From positions 418 through 64,417 of the IMG/VR virus record IMGVR_UViG_2654588150_000002: DNA of 64,000 nucleotides, one strand, 5' to 3'. This stretch comes from a virus. Lineage: Duplodnaviria > Caudoviricetes. How positions within the stretch are numbered: position 1 is the first letter of the stretch; each line of letters begins with the position of its first letter. Below the pieces are notes generated by a model. It saw only the letters and a program-made list of their open reading frames with translations. It had not been told where the DNA came from and searched no databases. This document shows, one piece after another, positions 9,337-18,548 of the stretch. Position numbers and translations under genes: made by a program.

Positions 9337-9857
9337 GCAAACGATACGGCCGGAACCAGAAGCGCCGCGCGCGTGAACGCATTGCCGCGCTGGAGGAGAA
9401 CGGTGTGCGCTTGCGCAACGCCTATGCACGCCGGACGGCAGAGAACGCCGACCTGACGGACCATGTGCAATACGTCGCGAGCGTGCTCGGGCATATGTCG
9501 ATCCTCTCGGGCGAGTCGTTGCATCACACTGACGGCGACGACGGGATGCGGCTCCACGTACACAATCCGCTGTCGTTCCTGCCGGGCTCGCTCGACGAAA
9601 GCGAGGTCGCGATGATGGAGATTATGCGGCTCCTCGACGTCTCGGCCGTGCGCGACATGGCGAAGCGCTCGATTCACGCGATCGTCCACGTTGGGCGAGA
9701 GCAATCGTGCTACGCGATCAGCGAAACCACGCTGCGCAGCATGAGCCGCGAACAGCTCGCGCACTTCCTGACGCGCAAGGTCGCGCCGCTGCTGTGCGAG
9801 GTAATGGCCGAACTGATGCAGAAGAAGCTCGACCATGCGACGGCATCCCGGCTATAA
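9333..9857 (+). CDS. Phage hypothetical protein (MSKRYGRNQKRRARE...)
   Basis: ATGA coupling with the previous stop. Confidence 0.72.
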   Translation: MSKRYGRNQKRRARERIAALEENGVRLRNAYARRTAENADLTDHVQYVASVLGHMSILSGESLHHTDGDDGMRLHVHNPLSFLPGSLDESEVAMMEIMRLLDVSAVRDMAKRSIHAIVHVGREQSCYAISETTLRSMSREQLAHFLTRKVAPLLCEVMAELMQKKLDHATASRL

Positions 9858-10290
9858 GCCGCTCGCGGGCAGGCCCGCGCCGCGCGGTAAGGCGCCGAAC
9901 GCTCAACCCGAGTTCGAATCTCAGGCCGCGCTTTTCTCGTGGGCGCGCATGCCTGCCGTCATGAAGCAATTGCCTGGTATCGAATTGCTCGAAGGGAGCA
10001 TGAACGGCGTGCGCCTCTCGAAAGCGCAGGCCGGCAAGGCGAAGGCCGCCGGCATGCTCACGGGCTCGCACGACGTTCGCTTGCCCGTAGCGCGCGGCCG
10101 CTGGATCGGTCTTTCTATCGAGTTGAAGTACGGAGACAACGTGCCGAGCGACGACCAATTGAAAATCGGGACGTGGCTGGAAAGGGAAGGCTGGAAGGTT
10201 CACTACATATGGGAGTGGACAGAAGCCGTGAAGATCATCACTGAATTCCTGTCCCTCCCGCGCCCGACGATCACGCCTTGCACTGGATGA
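9835..10290 (+). CDS. VRR-NUC family nuclease
   Basis: E...Q, KAAGML.G.HD, IELK and S.DQ motifs. Confidence 0.82.
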   Translation: MRRHPGYKPLAGRPAPRGKAPNAQPEFESQAALFSWARMPAVMKQLPGIELLEGSMNGVRLSKAQAGKAKAAGMLTGSHDVRLPVARGRWIGLSIELKYGDNVPSDDQLKIGTWLEREGWKVHYIWEWTEAVKIITEFLSLPRPTITPCTG

Positions 10291-10528
10291 CCATGTTGCG
10301 CTCGACCAGCGGCCCGTACCCGGTAGGCGTGCTCGACGAGTTCTTGTCGATCACATCGTACTGGCCGCCGCACGACTTGGTAGCGAGCTTGTAGCAAGTC
10401 CCCCACGAATCCGCCGAGCCGTTGCACGAGATGGAATAGCCCGTCTTTCCGTTGCCGGTAGAAATCATGTCCGCCGAGGCGCACGCGCCAAGGGACAAAG
10501 TTGCGATAACAACAATCAGTTTCAGCAT
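10271..10528 (-). CDS. Small Cys-containing lipoprotein moron (possible superinfection exclusion)
   Basis: Signal peptide with lipobox LGAC; antisense to flanking operon; own AT-rich upstream region. Confidence 0.7.
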   Translation of the reverse strand: MLKLIVVIATLSLGACASADMISTGNGKTGYSISCNGSADSWGTCYKLATKSCGGQYDVIDKNSSSTPTGYGPLVERNMVIQCKA

Positions 10529-10673
10529 GGTCTACCCCTTATTGGTTGGTGTTTCGCTAGGCTAACCGAATCTTTGTAAACCTACAAAGAACTTTCCATG
10601 ACATGACAGCATAATAAATGGGGTCGGTTAGAAACTAGCACCATTCCGCATTGTTTGGTGCGATACTGCACAT

Positions 10674-10829
10674 CGCCAAGCGTTGTATCTGTAGTGACCC
10701 TTGCCGAGTGATTATCAAAAGCCTTTATGTAGTAGGTCGGAGTCCCCGTTTCGGCGCGGGACAGCTTGGCGGCTCCCGACCTACGCCATAAAGGCTTTTT
10801 TTCGTCCCTACCTTTTGGAGCCGCCAATG
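10674..10829 (+). ncRNA. c4/P4-CI-like antisense RNA hairpin with flanking target sites
   Basis: Long stem 10717-10742/10773-10799; internal GCTTGGCGGCTCC complementary to 10674-10681 and to the ant RBS 10817-10827. Confidence 0.65.
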
Positions 10830-11603
10830 ACTGCATTGCTCAACATCGCCGAACGCGAGATCGGCCCGGACCTGATTCAAACCGTCAACGCGCGCGAGTT
10901 GCATGCGTTCCTCGAAGTCGGCAAGGACTTTGCGACGTGGATCAACGACCGCATCAAACAATACAATTTCTTTCTGGATCAAGACTTTGCGACTTTTCCC
11001 CAAAACGGGGGAAAAGGTCGACCGACCATTGAATACGCTATCTCGCTCGATATGGCGAAAGAGCTTTCGATGGTCGAGCGCAATGAGAAGGGTCAGCAAG
11101 CGCGCCGCTATTTCATCGCGTGCGAGAAGCGTGCGCTGGCCGCCGAGCAAAAGGCACCGGCACCGCTCACACCGGCTGAAATGTTCCTGCAATCCGCGCA
11201 GGCTCTTGTTCAGGTCGAGCGCTTGCAGGCAGAGCAGGCCGCCGCGCTCGTTCGCCTGGAGGAGCGCATAGACGGCATCGACGCGACGCTGACCGCGTGC
11301 CCGAGCAACGCCGAGCCGATCACCAAGATTCGGGACCGCATCTATAAGCAGTACGGCATCCCGCGCCCGATCATCGACCGCGTGCTGAACGAGATTCCTT
11401 ATCGGCCGCGCCCGGCTGGCGTCGTGCGCAACCACCGCGAGGAGGCGAAAGGCGCCACCTATACCGTGTGGTGGACGAAAGACGTTACCGCGCTGTTCAA
11501 GCGCTTCGTGTCGGAGTGCCAGCGCGCAACGCCCGCGCTCGTCGCGCATCCCGATATTGATCGCCGTTTCCACCTTCAAGCAGAACAAGGAGTGCTCGTA
11601 TGA
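10827..11603 (+). CDS. AntA/AntB-family antirepressor
   Basis: VNARELHAFLEVGKDFATWI.DRI..Y.F and EYAISLDMAKELSMVERNEKG..ARRYFI signature. Confidence 0.92.
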   Translation: MTALLNIAEREIGPDLIQTVNARELHAFLEVGKDFATWINDRIKQYNFFLDQDFATFPQNGGKGRPTIEYAISLDMAKELSMVERNEKGQQARRYFIACEKRALAAEQKAPAPLTPAEMFLQSAQALVQVERLQAEQAAALVRLEERIDGIDATLTACPSNAEPITKIRDRIYKQYGIPRPIIDRVLNEIPYRPRPAGVVRNHREEAKGATYTVWWTKDVTALFKRFVSECQRATPALVAHPDIDRRFHLQAEQGVLV

Positions 11604-12016
11604 ACCATTGGGAAAAACAGGAGGCTGAAAAGGCCACGCTCAAAGAATGGCTGATGAGCCTGAAAGAGGGCGATGAGGTTGCTATCCCTGACCGCTCGCA
11701 CTACCGCCGCGCACCGCTGATTACTGTCGTGCTGAAAGTCACGACGACTCAGCTCGTGGTGAAGGAGCACGCGATGGAAGTGCGCTACAACCGCCACGAC
11801 GGCACGCGGCGCGGCACCGGCCACAACACCCTCAAGCCGGTAACGGACGAGGTTCGCGCGGCCGTGAAGCTCGCAGCAGACCGCGAGTGGCTGCGCGACA
11901 TCACCTATCGCGATGACAAGATCGCTGCTATCCCGCCAGCCGTGCTCGAAGCGATGCGCGCGGCCTACAGCAGTTGCATGGCACTGCACCAAACCAAACA
12001 GCACCAATCGGAGTAG
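11600..12016 (+). CDS. Phage hypothetical protein
   Basis: ATGA-coupled ORF with GGAG RBS. Confidence 0.72.
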   Translation: MNHWEKQEAEKATLKEWLMSLKEGDEVAIPDRSHYRRAPLITVVLKVTTTQLVVKEHAMEVRYNRHDGTRRGTGHNTLKPVTDEVRAAVKLAADREWLRDITYRDDKIAAIPPAVLEAMRAAYSSCMALHQTKQHQSE

Positions 12017-12022
12017 TAAGGC

Positions 12023-12880
12023 ATGAAGGCATCCGAACACCTGTTGAACATCGGGCGCCCGGTAGCGTTCTATCCGGGCCTCGTGAAGTACCTTGGAAGC
12101 GTCAACGCCGTGCTGTTTTTCGGCCAGATTTTCTACTGGCAGGACAAGGCCGCCTCTGACCTTGGCGTCTACAAGTCGGTCGAGGAGATTGAGGATGAGA
12201 CGGGCCTGACGTACCGCGAGCAGCAGACCGCGCGCAAGCAACTCGTGGAGCGTGGCGTGCTGATCGAGACGCATCGCCGCCTGGAGCACCGCATTTACTA
12301 CCGCATCGACGCGGCGAAGATTGATGAACTGATGGACCCGACTCCCCGAAATGCGGAAAGCGCAGATGGGGAACCCGCGAACGACGCTCCCGGTAATTCC
12401 CCAAATGCGGAAAGCGCAGTTGGGGGAGTGCGGAATCCGCAAGCCGTTAACAGTACAGAGACTACTACAGAGACTACTAACAATATTGGGGCACCGGACC
12501 CGAAGCCGAGCGACGAGGAGCAATTCTCCGAAGCATGGGCCGCCTACCCGAAGCGCGCCGGAGGCAACTCGAAAGCCGATGCGTTGAAGGCGTGGAACGC
12601 GCGCCGTAAGGACAAGATCGAGCCCGAACGCATGATCGAGGGCGTGAAGCGCTACGCGAAGTTTTGCGATGCCACCGAAAAGACCGGCACCGAGTACGTC
12701 AAGCAGGCCGCGACGTTCTTCGGGCCGGGCCTGCACTTCGATATGGACTGGACGCCGCCGCCCAAGGTCACGCCCCGCGGCGGCCGCCCCTCGATGAACG
12801 CGATTCAGACCGACCCGGCCGGCGATGACGACGGCGACCTCTTTGATGGCAAACACTTCCGCAAAGGAAAACCGCAATGA
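12023..12880 (+). CDS. Replication initiation protein (lambda O-like)
   Basis: N-terminal wHTH (QIFYWQDK...ETGLTYREQQTARKQL), C-terminal F..AW.AYPKR and YVKQAATFFG; upstream of DnaC-like gene. Confidence 0.85.
   Translation: MKASEHLLNIGRPVAFYPGLVKYLGSVNAVLFFGQIFYWQDKAASDLGVYKSVEEIEDETGLTYREQQTARKQLVERGVLIETHRRLEHRIYYRIDAAKIDELMDPTPRNAESADGEPANDAPGNSPNAESAVGGVRNPQAVNSTETTTETTNNIGAPDPKPSDEEQFSEAWAAYPKRAGGNSKADALKAWNARRKDKIEPERMIEGVKRYAKFCDATEKTGTEYVKQAATFFGPGLHFDMDWTPPPKVTPRGGRPSMNAIQTDPAGDDDGDLFDGKHFRKGKPQ
12349..12487 (+). repeat. Putative replication origin iterons plus AT-rich repeat inside initiator gene
   Basis: AAATGCGGAAAGCGCAG at 12349 and 12403, TGCGGAATCCGCA at 12429, TACAGAGACTAC x2 at 12454-12477. 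Confidence 0.6.
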
Positions 12881-13692
12881 ACCTGCACGACCTGATGGAC
12901 GCCGCCGGCAAGCCGAAGCGCCCGGCAATGACCGTGTTCGAGCGCGACGCGGAATGCACGAAGCACGGCGCGATTGTTGAGCGGGGCATCTCGCTGTTCG
13001 GCGGCGAGGACCGCGTTATCTGGCACGGTTGCGGCAAGTGCAATGCGGAGCTGCGCGACCGCGACGAAGCGACCGAGCGCGCGGCAGAGGAAAAGCGCCG
13101 GCAAGCTCGCATCGAGCAGCGCATTCAGGCCGCCGGCATCCCGAGCGCATTCCGCGATCGGACGCTCGACAACTTCGAGACGGCCACGCCCGAGCAGGAG
13201 CACGCGCTGAACGTCGCACGCGAGTTCGTTGCGAACTTCTACCGCGACCACCTTCCGAACGGCACCGTGCTCGTGTTCGGCGGCAATCCCGGCACGGGCA
13301 AGTCGCACCTTGCGCTCGCGATCCTGCAACAGGTGATGAAGCGCCACACGGGCATGTACCTGGACGCCATGAGCCTGATCCGTCGCGTGCGCGCGACGTG
13401 GCGCCGCGATTCGCCCGACACCGAGGACGACGTGATTACCACGCTCGGCGAGCAGCTCGACCTTCTGGCTATCGACGAGATTGGCGTCCAACGCGGCACC
13501 GAGGACGAGCAGGCAATCATGTTCGACGTGCTGAACCGCCGCTATCGCGAGAACCGGCCGACGATTCTCCTCACGAACCTCGACGGCCCGACGCTTAAAG
13601 AGTTCATGGGGCCGCGCATCATGGACCGCCTGCGCGAGCGCGCCGACTTCGTGCCGTTCAAGTGGGAAAGCTACCGGAAACAGCCGCGCTAA
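12877..13692 (+). CDS. DnaC/IstB-like helicase loader ATPase
   Basis: Walker A GNPGTGKS, Walker B LLAIDEIG, R.RY..RPTI.LTN, DRLR. Confidence 0.9.
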   Translation: MNLHDLMDAAGKPKRPAMTVFERDAECTKHGAIVERGISLFGGEDRVIWHGCGKCNAELRDRDEATERAAEEKRRQARIEQRIQAAGIPSAFRDRTLDNFETATPEQEHALNVAREFVANFYRDHLPNGTVLVFGGNPGTGKSHLALAILQQVMKRHTGMYLDAMSLIRRVRATWRRDSPDTEDDVITTLGEQLDLLAIDEIGVQRGTEDEQAIMFDVLNRRYRENRPTILLTNLDGPTLKEFMGPRIMDRLRERADFVPFKWESYRKQPR

Positions 13693-13701
13693 AAAATTGC
13701 C

Positions 13702-13737
13702 TTGTATTTCGTCGATAGTGGTTAGATAATCGAACCG
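13702..13737 (+). promoter_or_regulatory. Promoter TTGTAT-17-GATAAT overlapped by operator
   Basis: -35 13702-13707, -10 13725-13730; TGGTTAGATAATCGAACCG 13719-13737. Confidence 0.7.
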
Positions 13738-13771
13738 CCGTAACGATCAACTAACCAAGTGGGGGAATGAA

Positions 13772-14125
13772 ATGAAAGAAACGATCAGGGCACTGTTGTT
13801 TGTCGCTGCATGCGTGGCGTTCGTTATCGCCGCTGTCGTGCTGGCAGTCGTGGTGTCGCCCGTCGCTCACGCAGAAACGAAAGCACCGGCTGTTTGCGAA
13901 GCCGGCGCCGCGCTCGCAGAAAGCACTGCACGCCTGCGCGACCACGGCGTATCGCTGGCCGAGGTTCGCGCGCAGATGGTCGACAGCAACGCGCCGGACA
14001 ACGTACTCGACGCAATGCTGACGCTCGCGGATGCCGTCTACAACGAGCCGAAGCTCACGCCGAGGGAAGCGCGCCGCGCGTTCATGCACGGTTGCACGAA
14101 GCCGGCCACGAAGGGGAGTGTCTGA
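13772..14125 (+). CDS. Secreted/periplasmic hypothetical protein
   Basis: Signal peptide ending AHA; two Cys. Confidence 0.7.
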   Translation: MKETIRALLFVAACVAFVIAAVVLAVVVSPVAHAETKAPAVCEAGAALAESTARLRDHGVSLAEVRAQMVDSNAPDNVLDAMLTLADAVYNEPKLTPREARRAFMHGCTKPATKGSV

Positions 14126-14126
14126 C

Positions 14127-14588
14127 ATGCGCAAGCTCATCATCGCCGTTGCAGCGGCACTGATCGTCGCGGCGCCGGCCGCGCGCGCCGAGACAAGCGT
14201 GCTCGTGTTCGGTTTCTCGAAGCACATGACGCACAACTACGCGACCAAATACAACGAGTTCAATTACGGGCTCGGGCTGGAGTTAAACCGCGAGGGCTCC
14301 GGTTGGCTCGTGGGCGGGTTTGCGCTGAAAGACAGCATCGACCAGGTAGGGTGGGCGGCATACGGCGGCTACCGCCTGCGCTATGACTTCGCGCCGAACT
14401 GGCACATCGAGACGACGCTGCGCGCGGGCGTGCTCCGCGACGCCTACTACACGGGACCGGCCGCGCTGCCGTCCATCGGCATCGGCTGGAAGAACGTCAC
14501 CATCGAGGCGACGGTTATCCCGCCGATCAGCATGGGCAACAAGGGCTCAGAAATGACGGCTGTTGTGTGGGCGCGGGTGCGCTTCTGA
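14127..14588 (+). CDS. pagP: PagP-like outer-membrane beta-barrel (lipid A acyltransferase-like)
   Basis: Signal peptide, H...YNE.NYG.G, F..KDS, terminal Phe; a PagP homolog is known in BcepIL02. Confidence 0.7.
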   Translation: MRKLIIAVAAALIVAAPAARAETSVLVFGFSKHMTHNYATKYNEFNYGLGLELNREGSGWLVGGFALKDSIDQVGWAAYGGYRLRYDFAPNWHIETTLRAGVLRDAYYTGPAALPSIGIGWKNVTIEATVIPPISMGNKGSEMTAVVWARVRF

Positions 14589-14590
14589 CC

Positions 14591-14728
14591 ATGCACGCAC
14601 ACAACGACCTTTTGCGCGTAGCGCTGGAGCGCGACGGCTACCAGTACGGCCGCCGAATCCTGACGATCGCGCTCACCATCGCCGCAATCGGCGCACTGAT
14701 CGGCGCCGCCGCGTTCGGAAATCCATAG
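14591..14728 (+). CDS. Small membrane protein (45 aa)
   Basis: Manual translation MHAHNDLLRVALERDGYQYGRRILTIALTIAAIGALIGAAAFGNP. Confidence 0.5.
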   Translation: MHAHNDLLRVALERDGYQYGRRILTIALTIAAIGALIGAAAFGNP

Positions 14729-14770
14729 CCATTTGGCACCATACCAATCCGCACCATAGGAGAAAGCACC

Positions 14771-16315
14771 ATGTCAACCCAACCGATTGACCCGCTGGCA
14801 CCCGAGACGCTTGGCGTCGAGCAGGCGGCCGCCGCGCCGAGCGCAACCATCGTCGATATGGCGACGGGCGAAATCGTCGAGCAAAAGACGGACATCGCCG
14901 AGCTGAAGCCCGAGGAGCGCGCGCTCGTTGTGCTCAAGAGCACGCAGACGGAAACCGACTTGCTGGCGCTGATCGAGCGCACGAAGCCGCTCACGGCAGT
15001 TACGGACAAGGCAACGCGCGAGATGGTTCACCGTGGCGCGATGGACCACAAGAACGCGCGCCTCGCGATCCAACACGCGAGCGACGCCGCGACCGAGGAC
15101 GCGAAGGCGTTCACCAAGGCAGTGAGCAAGGAAAGCAAGCGCCTGATCCAACTCAACACCGAGGAGGAGGCCCGGCTGTTCAAACTGCGCGACGACTACG
15201 ACGACGCCGAGAAAGCGCGCAAGGCCGAGGAGGAGCGCAAGGAGAAAGAGCGCGTCGACGCGATCAAGACCAAGATTCAGGGCATCGAGGACATTCCGCG
15301 CCAGTCCATGAACGACACGGCCGAAGCCATCGCCGCGACGCTCGACGACATGAACGCGTTCGAAGTGACGTTCGAGGACTTCGCCGAGTATCAGGACGAA
15401 GCGCGCGCCGTGCTCTCGACGGCTCTCACGCAGCTCGCCGAGTTGCACACGGCCAAGGTTGCGCAGGAAGCGGCCACGGCAGCGGCAGCGGCAGCAGAAG
15501 CAAAGGTCGCAGAAGCAAAGGCCGCAGCGGAAGCACTGGTCGAGGAGGAGCGCAAGGCAGCAGCAACGCGCGAGGCCGCGCTGCAAGAGCAGATCGCAGC
15601 ATTGCAGGCGCAGCTCGCCGCGGCGGCACCGAAGCCGGCCGCCGCGCCGGTCGAGGAACCGCACTCGCTCGCTGACGCCTATCGCGATGCGAAGCGCGAC
15701 CCGGACGGCCTGAGTCTGGACGGCTGGCGCCTCATCGGCAAGAACCCGGACGGCGACGACGTGTTCGAGGCCGGCGGAATGCGCGCGGTATGGCAGGGCG
15801 CCTACGTCGTGAAGGAAGTAGCGCACATGCCCGAGGGCGCACGCGTTGCGGAGTTCAAGACGATGGACGAGCTGGAGCCGGAAAAGGGCCAACTCGTTCA
15901 CGGCGGCGGCGCAGTGAGCATGGCAGCTCTCGACCAGCCGCGCCAGCAAGCGCTCAACGCAGCGGCCGCCGGCCAGCTCGAAGCGCTCGCGGGCGTAGAC
16001 CTCGCGGCAGGCCCGGACGTTCATGTCGAGCACGTCGTCTACACCGACCCGGAGACGATCGACGATATGTTCGCCGAGTCCACGCGCCCCGGCGCCATCG
16101 TGCGCGTGCCGGCCGCGCCGCTGTCGGAAGTCGCCGCAACGTTCGCGGACGTCTCCGAAGACATGGAGCCGATCGTCGAGCGCGTTTCTATCGAGACGAA
16201 GGAGTACGACCGCCTGCTGTCAGACAGCATGTTCCTGCAATGCCTGCGCAATGCTGGCGTGGACAATTGGGATGGTTACGCGAACGCGCTGGAGGAGTTC
16301 AACAGCGTGGATTGA
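14771..16315 (+). CDS. Coiled-coil phage hypothetical protein
   Basis: 514 aa, AGGAG RBS; C-terminal LRNAGVDNWDGY motif. Confidence 0.8.
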   Translation: MSTQPIDPLAPETLGVEQAAAAPSATIVDMATGEIVEQKTDIAELKPEERALVVLKSTQTETDLLALIERTKPLTAVTDKATREMVHRGAMDHKNARLAIQHASDAATEDAKAFTKAVSKESKRLIQLNTEEEARLFKLRDDYDDAEKARKAEEERKEKERVDAIKTKIQGIEDIPRQSMNDTAEAIAATLDDMNAFEVTFEDFAEYQDEARAVLSTALTQLAELHTAKVAQEAATAAAAAAEAKVAEAKAAAEALVEEERKAAATREAALQEQIAALQAQLAAAAPKPAAAPVEEPHSLADAYRDAKRDPDGLSLDGWRLIGKNPDGDDVFEAGGMRAVWQGAYVVKEVAHMPEGARVAEFKTMDELEPEKGQLVHGGGAVSMAALDQPRQQALNAAAAGQLEALAGVDLAAGPDVHVEHVVYTDPETIDDMFAESTRPGAIVRVPAAPLSEVAATFADVSEDMEPIVERVSIETKEYDRLLSDSMFLQCLRNAGVDNWDGYANALEEFNSVD

Positions 16316-16342
16316 GCTTCGCTACGAGGACGTAGGAAAGGT

Positions 16343-16368
16343 AAGGGGCGCCGAGAGCGCCCCTTTTT
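16343..16368 (+). terminator. Intrinsic terminator
   Basis: AAGGGGCGC-CGAGA-GCGCCCCTT followed by T run. Confidence 0.75.
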
Positions 16369-16740
16369 GTTATGCGAGCCACGCCCGCACATGTGTTTCG
16401 TTGTCGGCATCCCACACGGCCCCGCACATGGAGTTATCCAAAGGGATATCGAATCCCTCGCGCCTGGCACCTTCAAACAGGAAATCGCGCACGCGTGCGT
16501 CGTCCAGATCGAGCGCCCGAGCGTAAGCGGGAGCGGTTGGCATACCAACCATTGCGACGGAAGAAACTAGCCGATCTACCCCGTTCCCCATCGCGCGAAT
16601 CACCACCGCTACTTGTTCTACAGCTTGTTGTGGGCGACCACACATTACTTGATTCCTTCGTATCACGGTTTGATTTTGATACCATGTTTCGACATGCGCT
16701 GCGTATCTTACATTAGCGTAATGAACATTTGAGGTCACAA

Positions 16741-17331
16741 ATGCAAAACGATGCGAAAGGGATGCACGATAAGGCGCTAACTGCGAAGCAACAGATGTTC
16801 GTGCAGGAGTACATCATCGACTTCAACGGCTCGCGCTCGGTCATCGCCGCAGGCTACTCGGACAAGGCTGCGAACGTCATGGCGGCCAAGCTCCTCGCGC
16901 AACCGAAGATTCAGGCCGCACTCGCCAACGCCATGCGACAACGTGCCGCACGCCTGCAGATTACGCAGGACCGCGTTCTTCTGGAGGTCGCGCGCCTCGC
17001 GATGTTCGATATCCGCAAGATGCTGCACCCGGACGGCAGCATGAAGGCCATCGACGAGCTGGACGACGACACGGCCGCCTCGCTGATCGGGCTCGACGTG
17101 TTCGAGGAGTTCGCGGGCGCAGGCGAGGAGCGCGTCCAGATCGGCTGGACGAAGAAGTTCAAGCTCGCCGACAAGAAAGGAGCGCTCGAACTGTTGATGC
17201 GCCACATGGGCATGCTCAACGACAAGCTCAAGCTGCAAGGCGACGCGGCAAACCCGCTCGTGCTGCTGCTGCAACAGATGGGCGCCAGCGGCCTGAAACC
17301 CGTCGCGAACCCGCCCGTCGACGAAGATTAA
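16741..17331 (+). CDS. terS: Terminase small subunit
   Basis: LTAKQQMFVQEYIIDFNG...AAGYS and KLADKKGALELL.RHMGM (Terminase_2-type). Confidence 0.9.
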   Translation: MQNDAKGMHDKALTAKQQMFVQEYIIDFNGSRSVIAAGYSDKAANVMAAKLLAQPKIQAALANAMRQRAARLQITQDRVLLEVARLAMFDIRKMLHPDGSMKAIDELDDDTAASLIGLDVFEEFAGAGEERVQIGWTKKFKLADKKGALELLMRHMGMLNDKLKLQGDAANPLVLLLQQMGASGLKPVANPPVDED

Positions 17332-17338
17332 AATTCGC

Positions 17339-17374
17339 TTGCAACCCAGTGTGTGTGGTGCTCTAATAGAACCA
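17339..17374 (+). promoter_or_regulatory. Promoter TTGCAA-17-TCTAAT overlapped by operator
   Basis: TGGTGCTCTAATAGAACCA 17356-17374. Confidence 0.6.
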
Positions 17375-17409
17375 TGATACGAAAGCAACACCACCGTTAG
17401 GAGCCTGCA

Positions 17410-17553
17410 ATGGATGACTTCGGTAACAGCATCGTCGCTTTCCACCGCCCGAGCATGCGCGGTTTCGCCGCCTACGTGCTCTGCGCCGAAGGCAGCTTCG
17501 CAACCGTGATCGCCAGCGAGCAATACCTCGCGCAAATGGGAGTCGTCGCATGA
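17410..17553 (+). CDS. Small phage hypothetical protein (47 aa)
   Basis: AGGAG RBS; ATGA overlap with next ORF. Confidence 0.6.
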   Translation: MDDFGNSIVAFHRPSMRGFAAYVLCAEGSFATVIASEQYLAQMGVVA

Positions 17554-17762
17554 AGCCCCGCGCCGAGCAGCACTGGCACATCAAGCAGGAGCACGCCGTC
17601 GAGATTGCGCAGAAGGCTGCGAACGTCTACGGCCTGCCGCAGACCGTGTTCCGCACGCCGCAGACGGCAGGGTGGGCCAACACCAACCCCTACGCATCGT
17701 TCCTTCCCTCGCGCGACTGCGAGTTGTTCGTGACGATGCTCCCGCGCAACTACTTCAACTGA
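17550..17762 (+). CDS. Small phage hypothetical protein
   Basis: Coupled ORF, GC3-rich. Confidence 0.65.
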   Translation: MKPRAEQHWHIKQEHAVEIAQKAANVYGLPQTVFRTPQTAGWANTNPYASFLPSRDCELFVTMLPRNYFN

Positions 17763-17769
17763 GCCCGCC

Positions 17770-17871
17770 ATGCAAGTACCGATGTGGGAGGCAGTCATCA
17801 CCGCCGCAATCGTCATCGCTCCGTTCGTCGGCGCGATGGTGTTGCTCGCCAAGCAGGGCATCGCCCGCTAA
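17770..17871 (+). CDS. Small membrane peptide (33 aa)
   Basis: MQVPMWEAVITAAIVIAPFVGAMVLLAKQGIAR fills the gap in the operon. Confidence 0.45.
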   Translation: MQVPMWEAVITAAIVIAPFVGAMVLLAKQGIAR

Positions 17872-17888
17872 CCAAGAGGAGAGAGAAC

Positions 17889-18284
17889 ATGGCAACGAAC
17901 CTGTACGACCAAATGACCGAGCTGTCGCGCTCGACGCTCGCGCAGATGCTTGGCTTCGCCTATGCCGGCGAGAAAGACATGCGCGCCGTAGGGTTCCGCA
18001 TCGCATTGCGCGAAATCCCCGCATTGCCGTCCGACAGCTTCACGATGGGCCAAGCGCTCGACGCATACCTCGCGCACCTGGCCGCCTGCCGCGCAGCCAG
18101 CGCGCCGGCCACGCCGACCGCGTGCGCGTACCACGAGAAGCCGTGCGAGCTTCGGTGCATGGGCCAAGCCGGAGGGGAGTGCGCGCCCGCGGGCGACGCT
18201 CGCATCCGCGACGCGCAAGAGCGCGCCACCGCGCAGATGGACGCCGACTGGAAGCTCCCCGAGACGACGAGGAGCCAAGCGTGA
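17889..18284 (+). CDS. Phage hypothetical protein
   Basis: GAGGAG RBS. Confidence 0.7.
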   Translation: MATNLYDQMTELSRSTLAQMLGFAYAGEKDMRAVGFRIALREIPALPSDSFTMGQALDAYLAHLAACRAASAPATPTACAYHEKPCELRCMGQAGGECAPAGDARIRDAQERATAQMDADWKLPETTRSQA

Positions 18285-18520
18285 AGACCCAAGACCACGC
18301 CCGCGTGCTGTACGCGTACCTCGCGCGCATCACGCCGCAAGACCTCGACGAAATCGTGAAGGCGCGCAAGCACCAGCACTACACCGCGCTCAACGAGGGC
18401 AACCGCAGCCAGCTCGATGCCATGCGCGAAACGATTGACGCCTGCGAGACGGCCATCGACAACCTGATCGACCACGACCGCGCAACGCTACGCGAGATAG
18501 CGCTCAAAGCGGCTTACTGA
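18281..18520 (+). CDS. Phage hypothetical protein
   Basis: GTGA coupling, GGAG RBS. Confidence 0.65.
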   Translation: MKTQDHARVLYAYLARITPQDLDEIVKARKHQHYTALNEGNRSQLDAMRETIDACETAIDNLIDHDRATLREIALKAAY

Positions 18521-18548
18521 CTTATCCACAAGAAAGGACCGGTTCACC

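Noticed and set aside
10580-10720. LexA box upstream of the antirepressor
   Set aside because: No CTG-N10-CAG found by eye; TACTGCACATCGCCAAG has the wrong spacing and right half
16370-16738. Minus-strand ORF between the terminator and terS
   Set aside because: The upstream part crosses an AT-rich regulatory region; only a 57-aa ORF from 16543 is plausible and I could not support it further
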